The position numbers and the translations under genes are program-made. Positions 19,184-29,700 of a stretch of DNA of 64,000 nt are shown here, piece after piece. The notes beneath the pieces were generated by a model that was not told where the DNA came from, did not search any database, and saw nothing but the letters and a program-made list of their open reading frames with translations. How positions within the stretch are numbered: position 1 is the first letter of the stretch; every line of letters begins with the position of its first letter. Source of the stretch: Longimicrobiales bacterium (GTDB lineage Bacteria > Gemmatimonadota > Gemmatimonadetes > Longimicrobiales > Gaopeijiaceae); contig OY730414.1 in assembly GCA_963422615.1 (NCBI GenBank), positions 2,402,302 to 2,466,301 of the forward strand. Direction: 5' to 3'.

Positions 19184-20281
19184 TTGATTCTCGTGGATCG
19201 GCGCAAGAACAGCGAAGAGGGTCCTTTCCAGGCCACGCTCCGGATCAAGCCGGCGTCTCGGATTGATCTCATTGACGTGCGTGGGAAGCTGGCGAGAGAG
19301 TTTGGAGCGGACTTCACCCGATACCCGAAGGCCCTCTATGTGTCCGACCACACGACGGCGGGGTACTTGGACCAGCGTCTGGCGCAGCGCTTGAATCACG
19401 ACGGCAAAAACGTTCAGGAGTTCCTTCAAGTCTTCCGTGAGCTCTTCCCCCCGGATGCCGGATACACTCACGATGAGCTCCACCTTCGCACGGAGCTCTC
19501 CGAAGAGCAGCGAGCCAGCGAACCCCGAAACGCCGACTCTCACCTGACCTTTATGGGAGCGGGACTCAGGAACTGCGTGTCCTACGCGCAGGAAGGGGAC
19601 TATCCGGTTTGGTTTGTGGAGCTGGACGGGGTTCATGACGCCGGCACTCGCCGCCGTCGGACGACGATTGTGGGGTACGGGGGCGAAGAGGAAGTGGCTC
19701 GTATGCGGGTAGAGGTAGGGGCTTCCCCCCACGCCATTGACGCCCTGAACCTTCGCGACCCGAAACACGGATTCATGGAGCAGCTCCGGGAGCTGGCCCG
19801 GAGGCACGGCGTGTCCTTCGGGCGTCTGGATGTGTACCTCCCTCAGGACGAACGCAACGTAGGCCTGACCGTCAACGAATACGAAACCCTGCTCATGACT
19901 CACGATCTTCGGGAGGTCTTGGCCAACCCCCTCCGTTTCATGGCAGAAAGGGGGAAGAACGCCTTGAGGGATCCTCGCGCCATTCCCGCGAAGACGCTCA
20001 ACTACGCCCAGTTCGACGCGGTACAGGTCCTGAACAAACTGTTGGACCGCATGGGGGTGCGGCAGTCCGTGGTGGAGCGAATCGTCAACCGCGCCCTGGC
20101 CGTTCCCGTGTCTCATTTCCTTCGCATGAAGAGGAAGATCAGCCTCCCGGTTCTAGACCGCCGAGGGGATGGAACCGGGGAGATTCCCAGAGGCACGTAT
20201 CAGAGCCCGATCCTGGTCCAGTGGAAGGGGACGGAACAAGACACCCGAGCCCTGGATGTGCGCCTGGCCCGCTTCGTTTGA
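19184..20281 (+). CDS. YjbQ/UPF0047-like protein, apparently two tandem domains
   Basis: HTTAG, YTHD, NADSHL and VELDG in the first half; VGLTVNE and GTYQS in the second half. Confidence 0.65.
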   Translation: MILVDRRKNSEEGPFQATLRIKPASRIDLIDVRGKLAREFGADFTRYPKALYVSDHTTAGYLDQRLAQRLNHDGKNVQEFLQVFRELFPPDAGYTHDELHLRTELSEEQRASEPRNADSHLTFMGAGLRNCVSYAQEGDYPVWFVELDGVHDAGTRRRRTTIVGYGGEEEVARMRVEVGASPHAIDALNLRDPKHGFMEQLRELARRHGVSFGRLDVYLPQDERNVGLTVNEYETLLMTHDLREVLANPLRFMAERGKNALRDPRAIPAKTLNYAQFDAVQVLNKLLDRMGVRQSVVERIVNRALAVPVSHFLRMKRKISLPVLDRRGDGTGEIPRGTYQSPILVQWKGTEQDTRALDVRLARFV

Positions 20282-20381
20282 AAGCAGGAGCGATACTCCA
20301 TGGCGGCGTGAAGCAGGCGGGGCCGATGGCCGCGTTCATTGACCGTCTCGTCTTGCAAGACGTCAACCATCGGTGTCCTGC

Positions 20382-21158
20382 CTAGATCAACGACCGTCCC
20401 TGGGCACCGTCAACGGCGATGCAGGCCCCCGTGATCAGACTCGCGCGCTCCGACGCCAGGAAGGCCACGACATCGCCCACTTCCTGGGCGCGACCAAAGC
20501 GGCCAAGGGGCAGATTCGATTCAACGAAGGTCTTCATTCCCTCCGGGTCGGCCTTGACCCGCCGGTCCCAGCTGCCTCCCTTGAATCGAATTGAGCCCGG
20601 AGCGACGCAGTTCACCCGGATTCCCGCCCCGGCCAACTCCAGGGCCATGATCCCCGCCGCCGAAATCAGCGCCGACTTGGTGGTATTGTAGATTGACAGG
20701 CCGGGACCCCCCTTTTCCCGCCCGAACACCGAAGAAACGAAGACGATCGACCCTCCGCCTCCTGCCCGCATCAGGGGAATGGCGCCCCGGCTGGTCCGAA
20801 ACGCCGACAGAACATTGAGATGGATGATGTCCAACCAGTCCTGGTCGGTCGCCTCTTCGAATGTCCTGCGCCGGTTGCCGCCGACGTTGTTCACGAGCAC
20901 GTCCAGGCGACCGTAGTCCTTCTGGACGGCACCCAGGAAAGAGACGGTTCCGGCTTCTGTCGCGACATCCGCCGGGACAGCGAGAACCTCTCCTCCGTCC
21001 CTGCGGAGGGTGGCCGCAGCCTCCTCCAGGGATCCGGGGTCCCGGGCACAAATCGCAACGTGAGCGCCTTCCGCCGCCAAAGAACGAGCGATTGCGAAGC
21101 CGATGCCCCGGCTGGCGCCGGTGACGGCGGCAACCTTCTTGTTGAGGTTCAGGTCCAT
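20382..21158 (-). CDS. SDR family oxidoreductase
   Basis: TGASRGIG, LVNNVG, YNTTK and VNCVAPG motifs. Confidence 0.93.
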   Translation of the reverse strand: MDLNLNKKVAAVTGASRGIGFAIARSLAAEGAHVAICARDPGSLEEAAATLRRDGGEVLAVPADVATEAGTVSFLGAVQKDYGRLDVLVNNVGGNRRRTFEEATDQDWLDIIHLNVLSAFRTSRGAIPLMRAGGGGSIVFVSSVFGREKGGPGLSIYNTTKSALISAAGIMALELAGAGIRVNCVAPGSIRFKGGSWDRRVKADPEGMKTFVESNLPLGRFGRAQEVGDVVAFLASERASLITGACIAVDGAQGRSLI

Positions 21159-21254
21159 GTTTTTTTTCGCGCGGGTTGGGGGGTCTGGAGGACAGAGAAT
21201 TCTGGGGCCCCCTCCAGAGGACATCCAGCGGGCCCGGAGGTCAAGGGCAGGGGA

Positions 21255-22952
21255 TTAGGAGCCCCCCGGACGGGCGCGCGCAGACGCCGCCACGATGGCG
21301 TCCAGCTTCTCCTTCACTTCGGAGTCGATGGCTTCCGGCTTCAGGAACTTGACCAAGCGGTAGTAGTCCGACTTTTGCATCGTGCCGGAAACACCGATTC
21401 TTTTGTAGAAACACTTGAAGAGCGGGTCAAGAAAACGATCGCTGGCTTTGATGTCCGGCCCCCATGGCGAGGGCTCCCCCAGGGTCGAAAGCGCTCGCTT
21501 GACCTCCTTGATGCACTCGCCCATCTCTTCCCGCCACAGAGTGGCAAACAGCCCCAGGCCGTTCGCTTCCGCTTCCGCGAAATCGAGTAGCACCTCGGGC
21601 CGACAGAGGTAGTTCTCGATTTCGCGCCTGCGCCAAGTGAGCTGCGTCAGATTGGAATCCTTGGGCGCAGGCGAGCCCAGCCGGTCGTAGATCGCAACGC
21701 CTGCAAGATCGGGTTTGACTTCACGCACCCCATAGAAGTGCTCTTGCGCCTTGCGCGGCTGGTTGGCGACGTAATGAACATACGGGGCTTCCAGCAGTTT
21801 CGCCGCCGGATGCTCCAAGCGGCGCGCGAGGGCCAGGAGAACCGCCAAGTCGGTGGAGCCCTCCAAGTAGAGGACCCATCCCCTTTCTTCGGCTTGAAGG
21901 TAGTGCTCGAAGCCGATGCTCTTGAGCGCTTTGGCGACCTGGCTGCCCCGGTGCGCCATGCGATGCGGCTTGCCCACAAAGGCAATTAGCACATCATCTC
22001 CGCCGGCCGCTTCGTTGAGCAGGACCTCGGAGTGGCTGGCGGCGATGATCTGGCTGCGGGTTTCGGCCGCGGTTTCGCGCAACAGCTGGTAGACTTGGCG
22101 TTGGCGGAGGATTTCGAGGTGGGCGTCGGGTTCGTCAAGGAGGAGCACGGATCCGGGGTTGGCCGTCATGTGCGCCAGGAGCAACATGGTCTGTTGCTGG
22201 CCCCTTCCGCTGGCTGAAAGGTCCAGGCGCACACCGCCTAGATTTCGATAGGTCATGACGACTTCGCCCCGTTCCGGAACGTACTTCGGATCGTCGAGGC
22301 GAATGCCGAAGAGGCAATCAATGCGCTTGCAGATTCCTTGCCACTTGCCGTTATCGCCGCCTTCGGCGATCCGATAACACAAGTTCCGCAACACCTCGGC
22401 CGTTCGGCCTTCCCCGACCCGGACGTTGATGGCCCCGGGATCGAGCCGCGTCTCGTTCGCGGCGAGGCCCGACATCGGTGGCAGGTAGGCCACCCTTATG
22501 TCACGGGCATCTTCTGGAACCGGTTCGTGCCCGCCGTCCTTGCGCAACAGGCGGCAGTAGAACGATTCGGGGTTGGCGTAGTCGAACTCCAGCCCGCACG
22601 ACCAGTCGGGGCCGTCTACAACGATTTCGATCCGCACGTTCTCCGTGCGCGTCTTGCCTTCTTCGTGCCGACCGACGCGGGTACGCAAGTTGCGCCAGAG
22701 GAGGTTGGCCGCGGGAACCGGCAACGAGACCAAGTCGCGCCGGTTGATGGTGACGCCGGGCCGCTTCTTTGGCACCTCCCCCGTGCCGCGCTTTTCAACC
22801 CAGCGCTGAAGCCCGATTTGCCACAGAGCCAGCGCCTGGAGGGCGGCGGTCTTGCCTGCGTTGTTGGGGCCGATGAAGACGGTCATCCGGCCCAACTCCA
22901 CGTCAATGTCGTCAAAGAGCTTGAAGTTGCGCACCCTCAGCCGCGTCAGCAT
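21255..22952 (-). CDS. ABC-type ATPase plus TOPRIM-like domain (OLD-family-like ATP-dependent nuclease)
   Basis: Walker A GPNNAGKT, signature SGRG, Walker B LLLDEPD, H-loop ASHS; C-terminal YLEGSTD, YDR and RREIENYL. Confidence 0.75.
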   Translation of the reverse strand: MLTRLRVRNFKLFDDIDVELGRMTVFIGPNNAGKTAALQALALWQIGLQRWVEKRGTGEVPKKRPGVTINRRDLVSLPVPAANLLWRNLRTRVGRHEEGKTRTENVRIEIVVDGPDWSCGLEFDYANPESFYCRLLRKDGGHEPVPEDARDIRVAYLPPMSGLAANETRLDPGAINVRVGEGRTAEVLRNLCYRIAEGGDNGKWQGICKRIDCLFGIRLDDPKYVPERGEVVMTYRNLGGVRLDLSASGRGQQQTMLLLAHMTANPGSVLLLDEPDAHLEILRQRQVYQLLRETAAETRSQIIAASHSEVLLNEAAGGDDVLIAFVGKPHRMAHRGSQVAKALKSIGFEHYLQAEERGWVLYLEGSTDLAVLLALARRLEHPAAKLLEAPYVHYVANQPRKAQEHFYGVREVKPDLAGVAIYDRLGSPAPKDSNLTQLTWRRREIENYLCRPEVLLDFAEAEANGLGLFATLWREEMGECIKEVKRALSTLGEPSPWGPDIKASDRFLDPLFKCFYKRIGVSGTMQKSDYYRLVKFLKPEAIDSEVKEKLDAIVAASARARPGGS

Positions 22953-23044
22953 GGCTCCGCTCCCGATGCCGTCGGTGGACGAAAAGCGGGGCCTACTGCG
23001 CGGTCAAGCCGCCTTCCTCCCCACCGAACCCCGTATTCGACGTA

Positions 23045-26000
23045 TCAGGACACCGTGGCCCGCAAAAGCCGCTCCAGGGTGCGGATGTGTTCCTCCAGCG
23101 CGGTATTCAGCTGTTCGTACCGCCGAACCGCATCCTGTCCCGGCTCCTGGTCCGCCCGGGTCAGGTTGCCGTACAGGTACTGGAGTTGGTCCACCAGCAT
23201 GGGCCGGGAGTAGCGGACGGGGGCCGTGACCAAGTCCCGTTCCACCGCCTCCACTTCGGCCGAAAGGCTCCCTCCCCGATCCTCCCGCGCTAGGCCAATG
23301 CGGTGGGCTGCCAGCCTGGCTTCGCTCAGCGCGTCCCTCACCTGCAGCGCCAACTCCACCTGTCGTCGCACCGTTTCCACGCCGGTGCCCTCGGCCACGA
23401 CCCGGGGGTCCATGAGAACCTGGAAGGTCCGGCTGGCGTTCCACTCTCCTGAGGACAAGCGGGCCGTGTAGTGCCCTGGCGGCACCATAGGGCCTCCCCT
23501 GCCCGCCCGCATCGGGTTCGAATCCCAAGGACCGGGGTACGACAGGTCCCAGGTAAAGCGGTTCGCCCCCGGATCGGCGGGCAGACGGGGCGTTCCAAAG
23601 CGCTCCAGGCGCCACTCCCTCATCCCGGGCTCGGCGGGCATCTCGTACTCTCCCGGTGCCTCACTGGAAAAGGATCGGATCACCTCGCCCCCGGCGTCTA
23701 CAATTTCGAGGGTGACCGGCCCGGGCACATCAACGGGCAGCACATAGTCCAGGTTCGCGCCCGGCTCCGGGTACTCGGGCAGGTGGGGAAGACGGCTTCC
23801 GAAGCGAAAGCCGCCGCCATAGCGCAACCGATACGCGTCCCGGACCGGGAAAAGGTAGGCGCGTGCATCGGCGACCCCGTCGTCCAGAGCGTGGAGGGGT
23901 GTCAGGTTGTCCAGGATCCAGAAGCCTCGCCCCATGGTCGAAAGGGCCAAGTCTCCGTGCACGACCTTGATGTCGGTAATCGGCGTGACCGGAAGGTTGA
24001 GCTGGAAGGACTGCCAGTTCGCGCCGTCGTCGAAGGAGACGAACATCCCGAACTCGGTGCCCAGGTACAGGAGGCCTTCCCGGGCCGGGTCTTCCCGAAC
24101 GACCCGAACCGGGTGGTCTCCTGGGATCCCGTTGGCGCCCGTCGTCATCCGTGTCCAGCTCTCCCCGTAGTCTTCCGTCCGGTACGCATAGGGAGCGAAG
24201 TCACCCAGCTGGTAGCGCAGAATGGCCACGTACGCCTTGGCGGGATCGTGATGGGAAACCTCGATGTTCTGCACCCGTCCGTACGGGCCGATCCCCGGCG
24301 GTGTCACGTTATTCCACTCTTTACCCCCGTCCCGGGTCACGTGGACCGGCCCGTCGTTGGCCCCCGCCCAGATGACGCCCGGCTCCAGAACCGACTCCTG
24401 GATGTCGTAGAGCACCGAGAAGTGCTCCTCCCCGGTGACGTCCAGGGTGATGGGGGTGCCCGAAATGACCTGGGTTTCGGGGGTGAAGGCGGTCAGGTCC
24501 GGGGAAATCGTCTCCCAGAGCTGTCCGCCATTGGTGGTCACGTGGACAAACTGGGAACCGTGGTAGACCTTGTTCGGGTCGTGCGGCGAAACGTGAATGG
24601 GCACGACGCGCTGAAATCGGAACTCCAGGTCCCTGGGGTTGTGTCCGTACAGGTTGGCGAAGCCCACGTAGTACTGCTTCTCCTGACCCGTCCTCCGGTT
24701 GTAGAGCCCGAACCGTCCCTTGCAGTTGGCATAGACGATGTCCGGGTCTCCGGGCTTGGGCACGACGGGGCCCGTTTCACACCCGCCGTGGGCTTCCCAG
24801 GCAGACCGGGGACCCCCTGGCTCGGAGCGCTCAGGCAGGCTGGGCACGGAGATTGTGGAGTTGTCCTGCTGGCCGGCGTAGAGCCGGTACGGAAAGTCGT
24901 CCGACACATCCACTTGATAGAGCTCGGCCGTGGGCTGGTTGTACTGGGTCGACCAGGTCACTCCGCCGTCAAGGGAGACGTTGGCGCCGCCGTCGTTGGA
25001 CTGGATGAGGATGTCCGGGTGGTCCGGGTTGATCCACATGTCGTGGTTGTCGCCGTGGGGGACCGGTCGGGGTGACCAGCTCTCCCCGCCGTCGTCGGAT
25101 TTCCAGAAGCCTTCGGTCATCCCCCAGAGGACGTCGGCGTCGGCCGGGTGGGCGTCCAGGTTCGTGTAGTAGAAGGCGCGGGTGCGGATGGGCGCGAAGT
25201 CCGTGACCTGGCGCCACGTCACCCCCCGATCATCGGAGCGGTAGACGCCGCCGGTGTCGGCGGGAGCCTCCATGAGAAGGTAGACCCGGTCCGGATCCGC
25301 CGGGGTCACCGCCAAGTCCGACTTCCCCCGGAGGCCGGAGGGAAGGCCGGTGGTGGCCTGCTCCCAGCTGTCGCCGCCGTCGGTGGAGCGGTACACCCCG
25401 CCTTCCAATCCACCGGAGATGATGGTCCACGGCTTGCGTTCCGCCCGCCACATGCTCGCGTAGAGGGTGTTGGGGTCGTTGGGGGCGAATTCAATGTCCA
25501 CCGCACCGGTGCTGTCGGAGACGGAGAGGATGTTCTCCCAGCTCTCCCCCCCATCCCGGCTTCGGTAGACCCCCCGCTCCGGGTTCGGGGTGAAGGGATT
25601 GCCGATGGCAGCGACGTACACAAGGTCCGGGTTCTCGGGGTGGATCAGGATCGCGCCCGTGTTTCCCGTCTTTTCCAGGCCCATGTGGCGCCACGTCGTT
25701 CCTCCGTCGGTGGACTTGTAGACGCCGGTGCCGATGATCACGTTGCTGCGGAGGCCATCGGAGCCCGTGGACACGTACACGATGTCCGAGTCGGACTGGG
25801 CGACCCGGATCGCACCGATCGAACCCGTGGCAAAGTACCCGTCCGAAATGTTGTGCCAGGTGTGACCGTAGTCTTCGGTCTTCCAGACCCCTCCACCCGT
25901 GGCCCCCATGTAGAACGTGGACCGCTGCTCCCGATGCCCGGCAACGGCGGTGACCCGTCCCCCCCGGGCTGGCCCCACATGCCGGTACCGGAGACTGCCG

Positions 26001-26134
26001 AACAGTTCTTCGGCATAGCCCTGGTTCCCGTTTTGAGTGCTGGCGGAAAGGGGCTGGAGGAGCCCCGCCCCGGCCGTTACGGCGAGGGCACCCAGAACCA
26101 TGGTGGTACTGCGCGGACCAGAAATCGTTCTCAT
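23045..26134 (-). CDS. VPS10/sortilin-like BNR-repeat glycosyl hydrolase-like protein, secreted
   Basis: GPARGGR N-terminus; many S-x-D-G-G-x-T/S-W Asp-boxes; HGDNHDMWINP and GQQDNS. Confidence 0.9.
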   Translation of the reverse strand: MRTISGPRSTTMVLGALAVTAGAGLLQPLSASTQNGNQGYAEELFGSLRYRHVGPARGGRVTAVAGHREQRSTFYMGATGGGVWKTEDYGHTWHNISDGYFATGSIGAIRVAQSDSDIVYVSTGSDGLRSNVIIGTGVYKSTDGGTTWRHMGLEKTGNTGAILIHPENPDLVYVAAIGNPFTPNPERGVYRSRDGGESWENILSVSDSTGAVDIEFAPNDPNTLYASMWRAERKPWTIISGGLEGGVYRSTDGGDSWEQATTGLPSGLRGKSDLAVTPADPDRVYLLMEAPADTGGVYRSDDRGVTWRQVTDFAPIRTRAFYYTNLDAHPADADVLWGMTEGFWKSDDGGESWSPRPVPHGDNHDMWINPDHPDILIQSNDGGANVSLDGGVTWSTQYNQPTAELYQVDVSDDFPYRLYAGQQDNSTISVPSLPERSEPGGPRSAWEAHGGCETGPVVPKPGDPDIVYANCKGRFGLYNRRTGQEKQYYVGFANLYGHNPRDLEFRFQRVVPIHVSPHDPNKVYHGSQFVHVTTNGGQLWETISPDLTAFTPETQVISGTPITLDVTGEEHFSVLYDIQESVLEPGVIWAGANDGPVHVTRDGGKEWNNVTPPGIGPYGRVQNIEVSHHDPAKAYVAILRYQLGDFAPYAYRTEDYGESWTRMTTGANGIPGDHPVRVVREDPAREGLLYLGTEFGMFVSFDDGANWQSFQLNLPVTPITDIKVVHGDLALSTMGRGFWILDNLTPLHALDDGVADARAYLFPVRDAYRLRYGGGFRFGSRLPHLPEYPEPGANLDYVLPVDVPGPVTLEIVDAGGEVIRSFSSEAPGEYEMPAEPGMREWRLERFGTPRLPADPGANRFTWDLSYPGPWDSNPMRAGRGGPMVPPGHYTARLSSGEWNASRTFQVLMDPRVVAEGTGVETVRRQVELALQVRDALSEARLAAHRIGLAREDRGGSLSAEVEAVERDLVTAPVRYSRPMLVDQLQYLYGNLTRADQEPGQDAVRRYEQLNTALEEHIRTLERLLRATVS

Positions 26135-26720
26135 GGAGCTGCCTTTCACAGAAGTGCCGGTCTTTCGGGAGTCGTCAGTTCGCTCCGGCCATGACGCCCA
26201 CTCTATTCCAAGGGCACGGACGGACGTGAACTGGCGCCGCCGGGCGCCCCGAGGCTTGGCGGGGGTCCCAGGGACGGATTCGCAACTTACGGCAGAAAAC
26301 CCGGCGCGAAAAGCGCAAGCGGGCGAATGGGCCCGGACGTCGTATCCGGGGACGGGATGTCGCGCCCGCAGGGATTCGGATTTCAGAGGGGTGCCAGGAG
26401 GCCTGCGGCCAAATCCCCGCGGCTGACGTGCGCTTCAAGGTTGGCCGCGGCAACAGCCCTCAATTCGTCCGATGATGGGAGAGCGTCCAGCAATCTGCAG
26501 GCCTTCCGGACGTCCGCACGCATTCCGTTGCCCCGAAGCTGAACGGCCCGGATGCGGATCGGAACACCACTGTGCTTGCGATCCGGCGTACTCCATCCCC
26601 ATGTTGGAAGAGAAACCTGCTGAAGACTGTGGTGTTCTTCGGTCGGTGACGAGGACCGCGGACGAATGGTCGCGGCATTTCCACAACGCCATTACTCACA
26701 ACCATTAGGAGTGAATCGGG

Positions 26721-29700
26721 ATGGGAGTTCCATTGTTAAGCGCTGGCGGAAGCAGGGGCTTCCGCAACAAAAGGGGGGGGGGCGCCATCGTGACCTTTGC
26801 TCTATTGCTAGGGTTCGGGCAGGCGCAGGGCCAAGCAGGCTCCATCACGGGAACCGTTTCGGACATCGCGACGGGCCAGGTGCTGGAGTCCGCTTTGGTC
26901 AGGCTGGACGGCGCCGGGTCGGGCGTATTGACCACAGACGCCGGGCGCTACCTCATTCTCGGGGTATCACCCGGTTCGCACTCCGTAACCTTCGAAATTC
27001 TGGGGTATGATTCCCAGACGCTCACAGTCCAGGTCTCCGCCGGGGAGAGCGCGGTGCTTGACGCCGAGCTTGCCAGCGGGGCCCTGGGGCTGCAGGAACT
27101 CGTCGTCACGGGGGTGGCCAGGGCGACCCCGAGGGTCAAGCTGCCCTTTACGGTGGAGAAGCTCGATATCGCCAACACGCCTGTGCCGGCCGTGTCCGCC
27201 GAGAATTTCCTGATCGGAAAGGTGCCGGGCGTCAAGGTTGTCGGCGGTAGCGGCCAGCCGGGCAACTCGGGCGACATCCTGCTCCGGGGTGCCACCTCGA
27301 TCAACGGGTCGCAGGCTCCCCTGATCATCATTGACGGGGTGATCACGACCAACTCGTTCGATGACGTCGTCGCACTGGACATCGAATCCATGGAGATAGT
27401 CAAGGGCGCGGCAGGTGCCTCACTGTACGGCTCCCGCGCAGCGAACGGTGTGGTTCAGATCCGCACCAAGCGTGGTACCGGCTTTGGAGGCCGTGACTAC
27501 AACCAGCTTGTGCTACGCAACGAAACCGGCCAGGAGCGCATTGCTGGGGACATCCAACTGTCCGAATACCATCCCTGGGAGGTCGACGCGAGCGGCAATC
27601 TCGTCGATGTTGGCGGCAACGTGATCACCGACATTACCGATCCCGACATGGAGAACCCGGCGTTGAACGGTGATGGTGTGTTCAAGTCCTTTCAGGATAA
27701 CCCATGGCCCAGCTCACTTCCGACGTATAACCAAGTGGATCGAGTCTACACGGCCGGTACTTTTATGTCCAACTACGCTGTCGTTGAGGGTCGAAACGGA
27801 GACACCAGCTATCGGTCGTCTTTCGAGTGGCAGACCGATCGCGGCGTCCTGTCACGGTGGAACGACGGGTTCGACCGCAAAGGCTTTCGGATCAACCTTG
27901 ATCATAATGTGCGAAGCAATTTGACCGTGGCCCTCAGCACCGCCTACACCGAATCGGAGCAGGAGGATCTCGGAAGCGCACCCTTCTACGACCTCACCTT
28001 CATGGGTCCCTATGTAGACCTGCTCCGCAGGGATCCCAGCACGATTGGAGAGCGTCACTGTCCAGCCAACGGGTGCCTGTTCGTGAACCCCGACCCGCTT
28101 TCGAATCAAGACAACCCTCTCTACCATTTCGAATTGATCGACAACCGGGACTGGAGCGAGGATGTGAAGGCCAGCGTAACCGCACGCTGGACCCCGTTCG
28201 CCTGGTTGGACATGGAGGGTGTTTTCGGGCTGGATCGCAACGCTTTCCTCCAGTCGAATCTGTCCCCGGCCGGCCGGGAGACAGCGGAAGGAAGCGTCGT
28301 CAACGGCTCCCTGTGGAAACGGCAGGATCACCGGCAAAACATTAATAGCGAGTTGACCGTGTCGTTGAACAAGGCGTTCGGTGACTTGGCCACCCGAACC
28401 CGCCTGCGCTACCTGCAGGAGAGCTCCCATTACGAATGGTTTGACGCGTATGGTACCGACTTCGCAGCTGCAGACGTGCCACGGTTAAACAATCTCAACA
28501 CGGAGTCGTATGAAGCGGAGTCCTTCGTCCGGGACATTCGCTCGGAGGGTTACTTCCTTATTTCCGCCCTGGACTACAAGGGCAAGTACATCGTTGACGC
28601 CCTCGCCCGCAGGGACGGCTCCAGCCTGTTCGGCACCAACGAGCGCTGGCACACTTACTATCGCACTTCGCTGGCGTGGCGAATGGCGCAGGAATCCTGG
28701 TGGCCCCTGGCGGACGTCAACGAGCTCAAGTTGCGCTGGTCGCTGGGCACGGCGGGCCGCCGACCCCGGTTCGAGGCCCAGTACGAGACCTACAGCGTGG
28801 GCGCTGGTGCCATCACACCCCAGACCCTTGGCAACAAGGACCTGAAGCCTCAGCGGTCCACCGAGACCGAATTCGGGCTGGACATGGTGCTCTTCAACAC
28901 CGCCAGCTTGGGGGTGACCTACGCAAACACCATATCGGAAGATCAGCTTCTATTCGTCCCGCTGCCCAAGGCGGGCGGATTCTCGTCGCAGTGGCAGAAC
29001 GCGGGCGCCTTGGATTCCAACACCTGGGAGTCTTACCTGGAAGTCCCCATCATCAGCACCGACGAGGTCGGCTGGAACGTACGGTTGAATGTGGACAGAA
29101 CCCGAATGGAGATCACGCGTCTGGACCGGCCCGCGTATCGCAGCGGATTCTTCTACTTCCGTGACGGCGAGGTCTTCGGCGCATTCTACGGAGCCAAATG
29201 GGCCACCGCATGTGCTGATCTTCCCGTTGGTACGCCCTGTGACCAGTTCAAGCTGAACGACGACGGTCTGCTTGTTTGGACGGGAGGATCCGATTACACC
29301 AATGGCATCTCAGGCGATCTCTGGGGCACAGACAGCGAAGGCCAGACGGGCGACGACGTATTCCAGTGGGGAATGCCGGTTCGGATGTTCGGGGAGTGCC
29401 CAGCCCGCCGTCAGGGCGAAATGGGATGCAAGGACTTTCTCTACCTTGGAAACTCCACACCCGATCTCAACCTCAGCTTGGTGAATTCCTTCCGTTGGCG
29501 CGGACTTTCGCTCTACGTCCTCTTGGATGGTGAGTTCGGAGCCGACATTTACAATCAGACACGTCAGTGGGCGTATCGTGAAAACCGCTCCGGCGACCAG
29601 GATCAGTTTGGTAAGCCGGACGGAATGAAGAAGCCGGTCGCATACTACCAAAGGCTGTACAACACCAATGCGATGAACGGTTGGTTTGTGGAAAAGGGAA

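Noticed and set aside
26150..26720. Riboswitch or ncRNA in the long intergenic region before susC
   Set aside because: I could not match c-di-GMP, cobalamin, TPP or SAM consensus elements by eye; an Rfam/Infernal scan would be needed.
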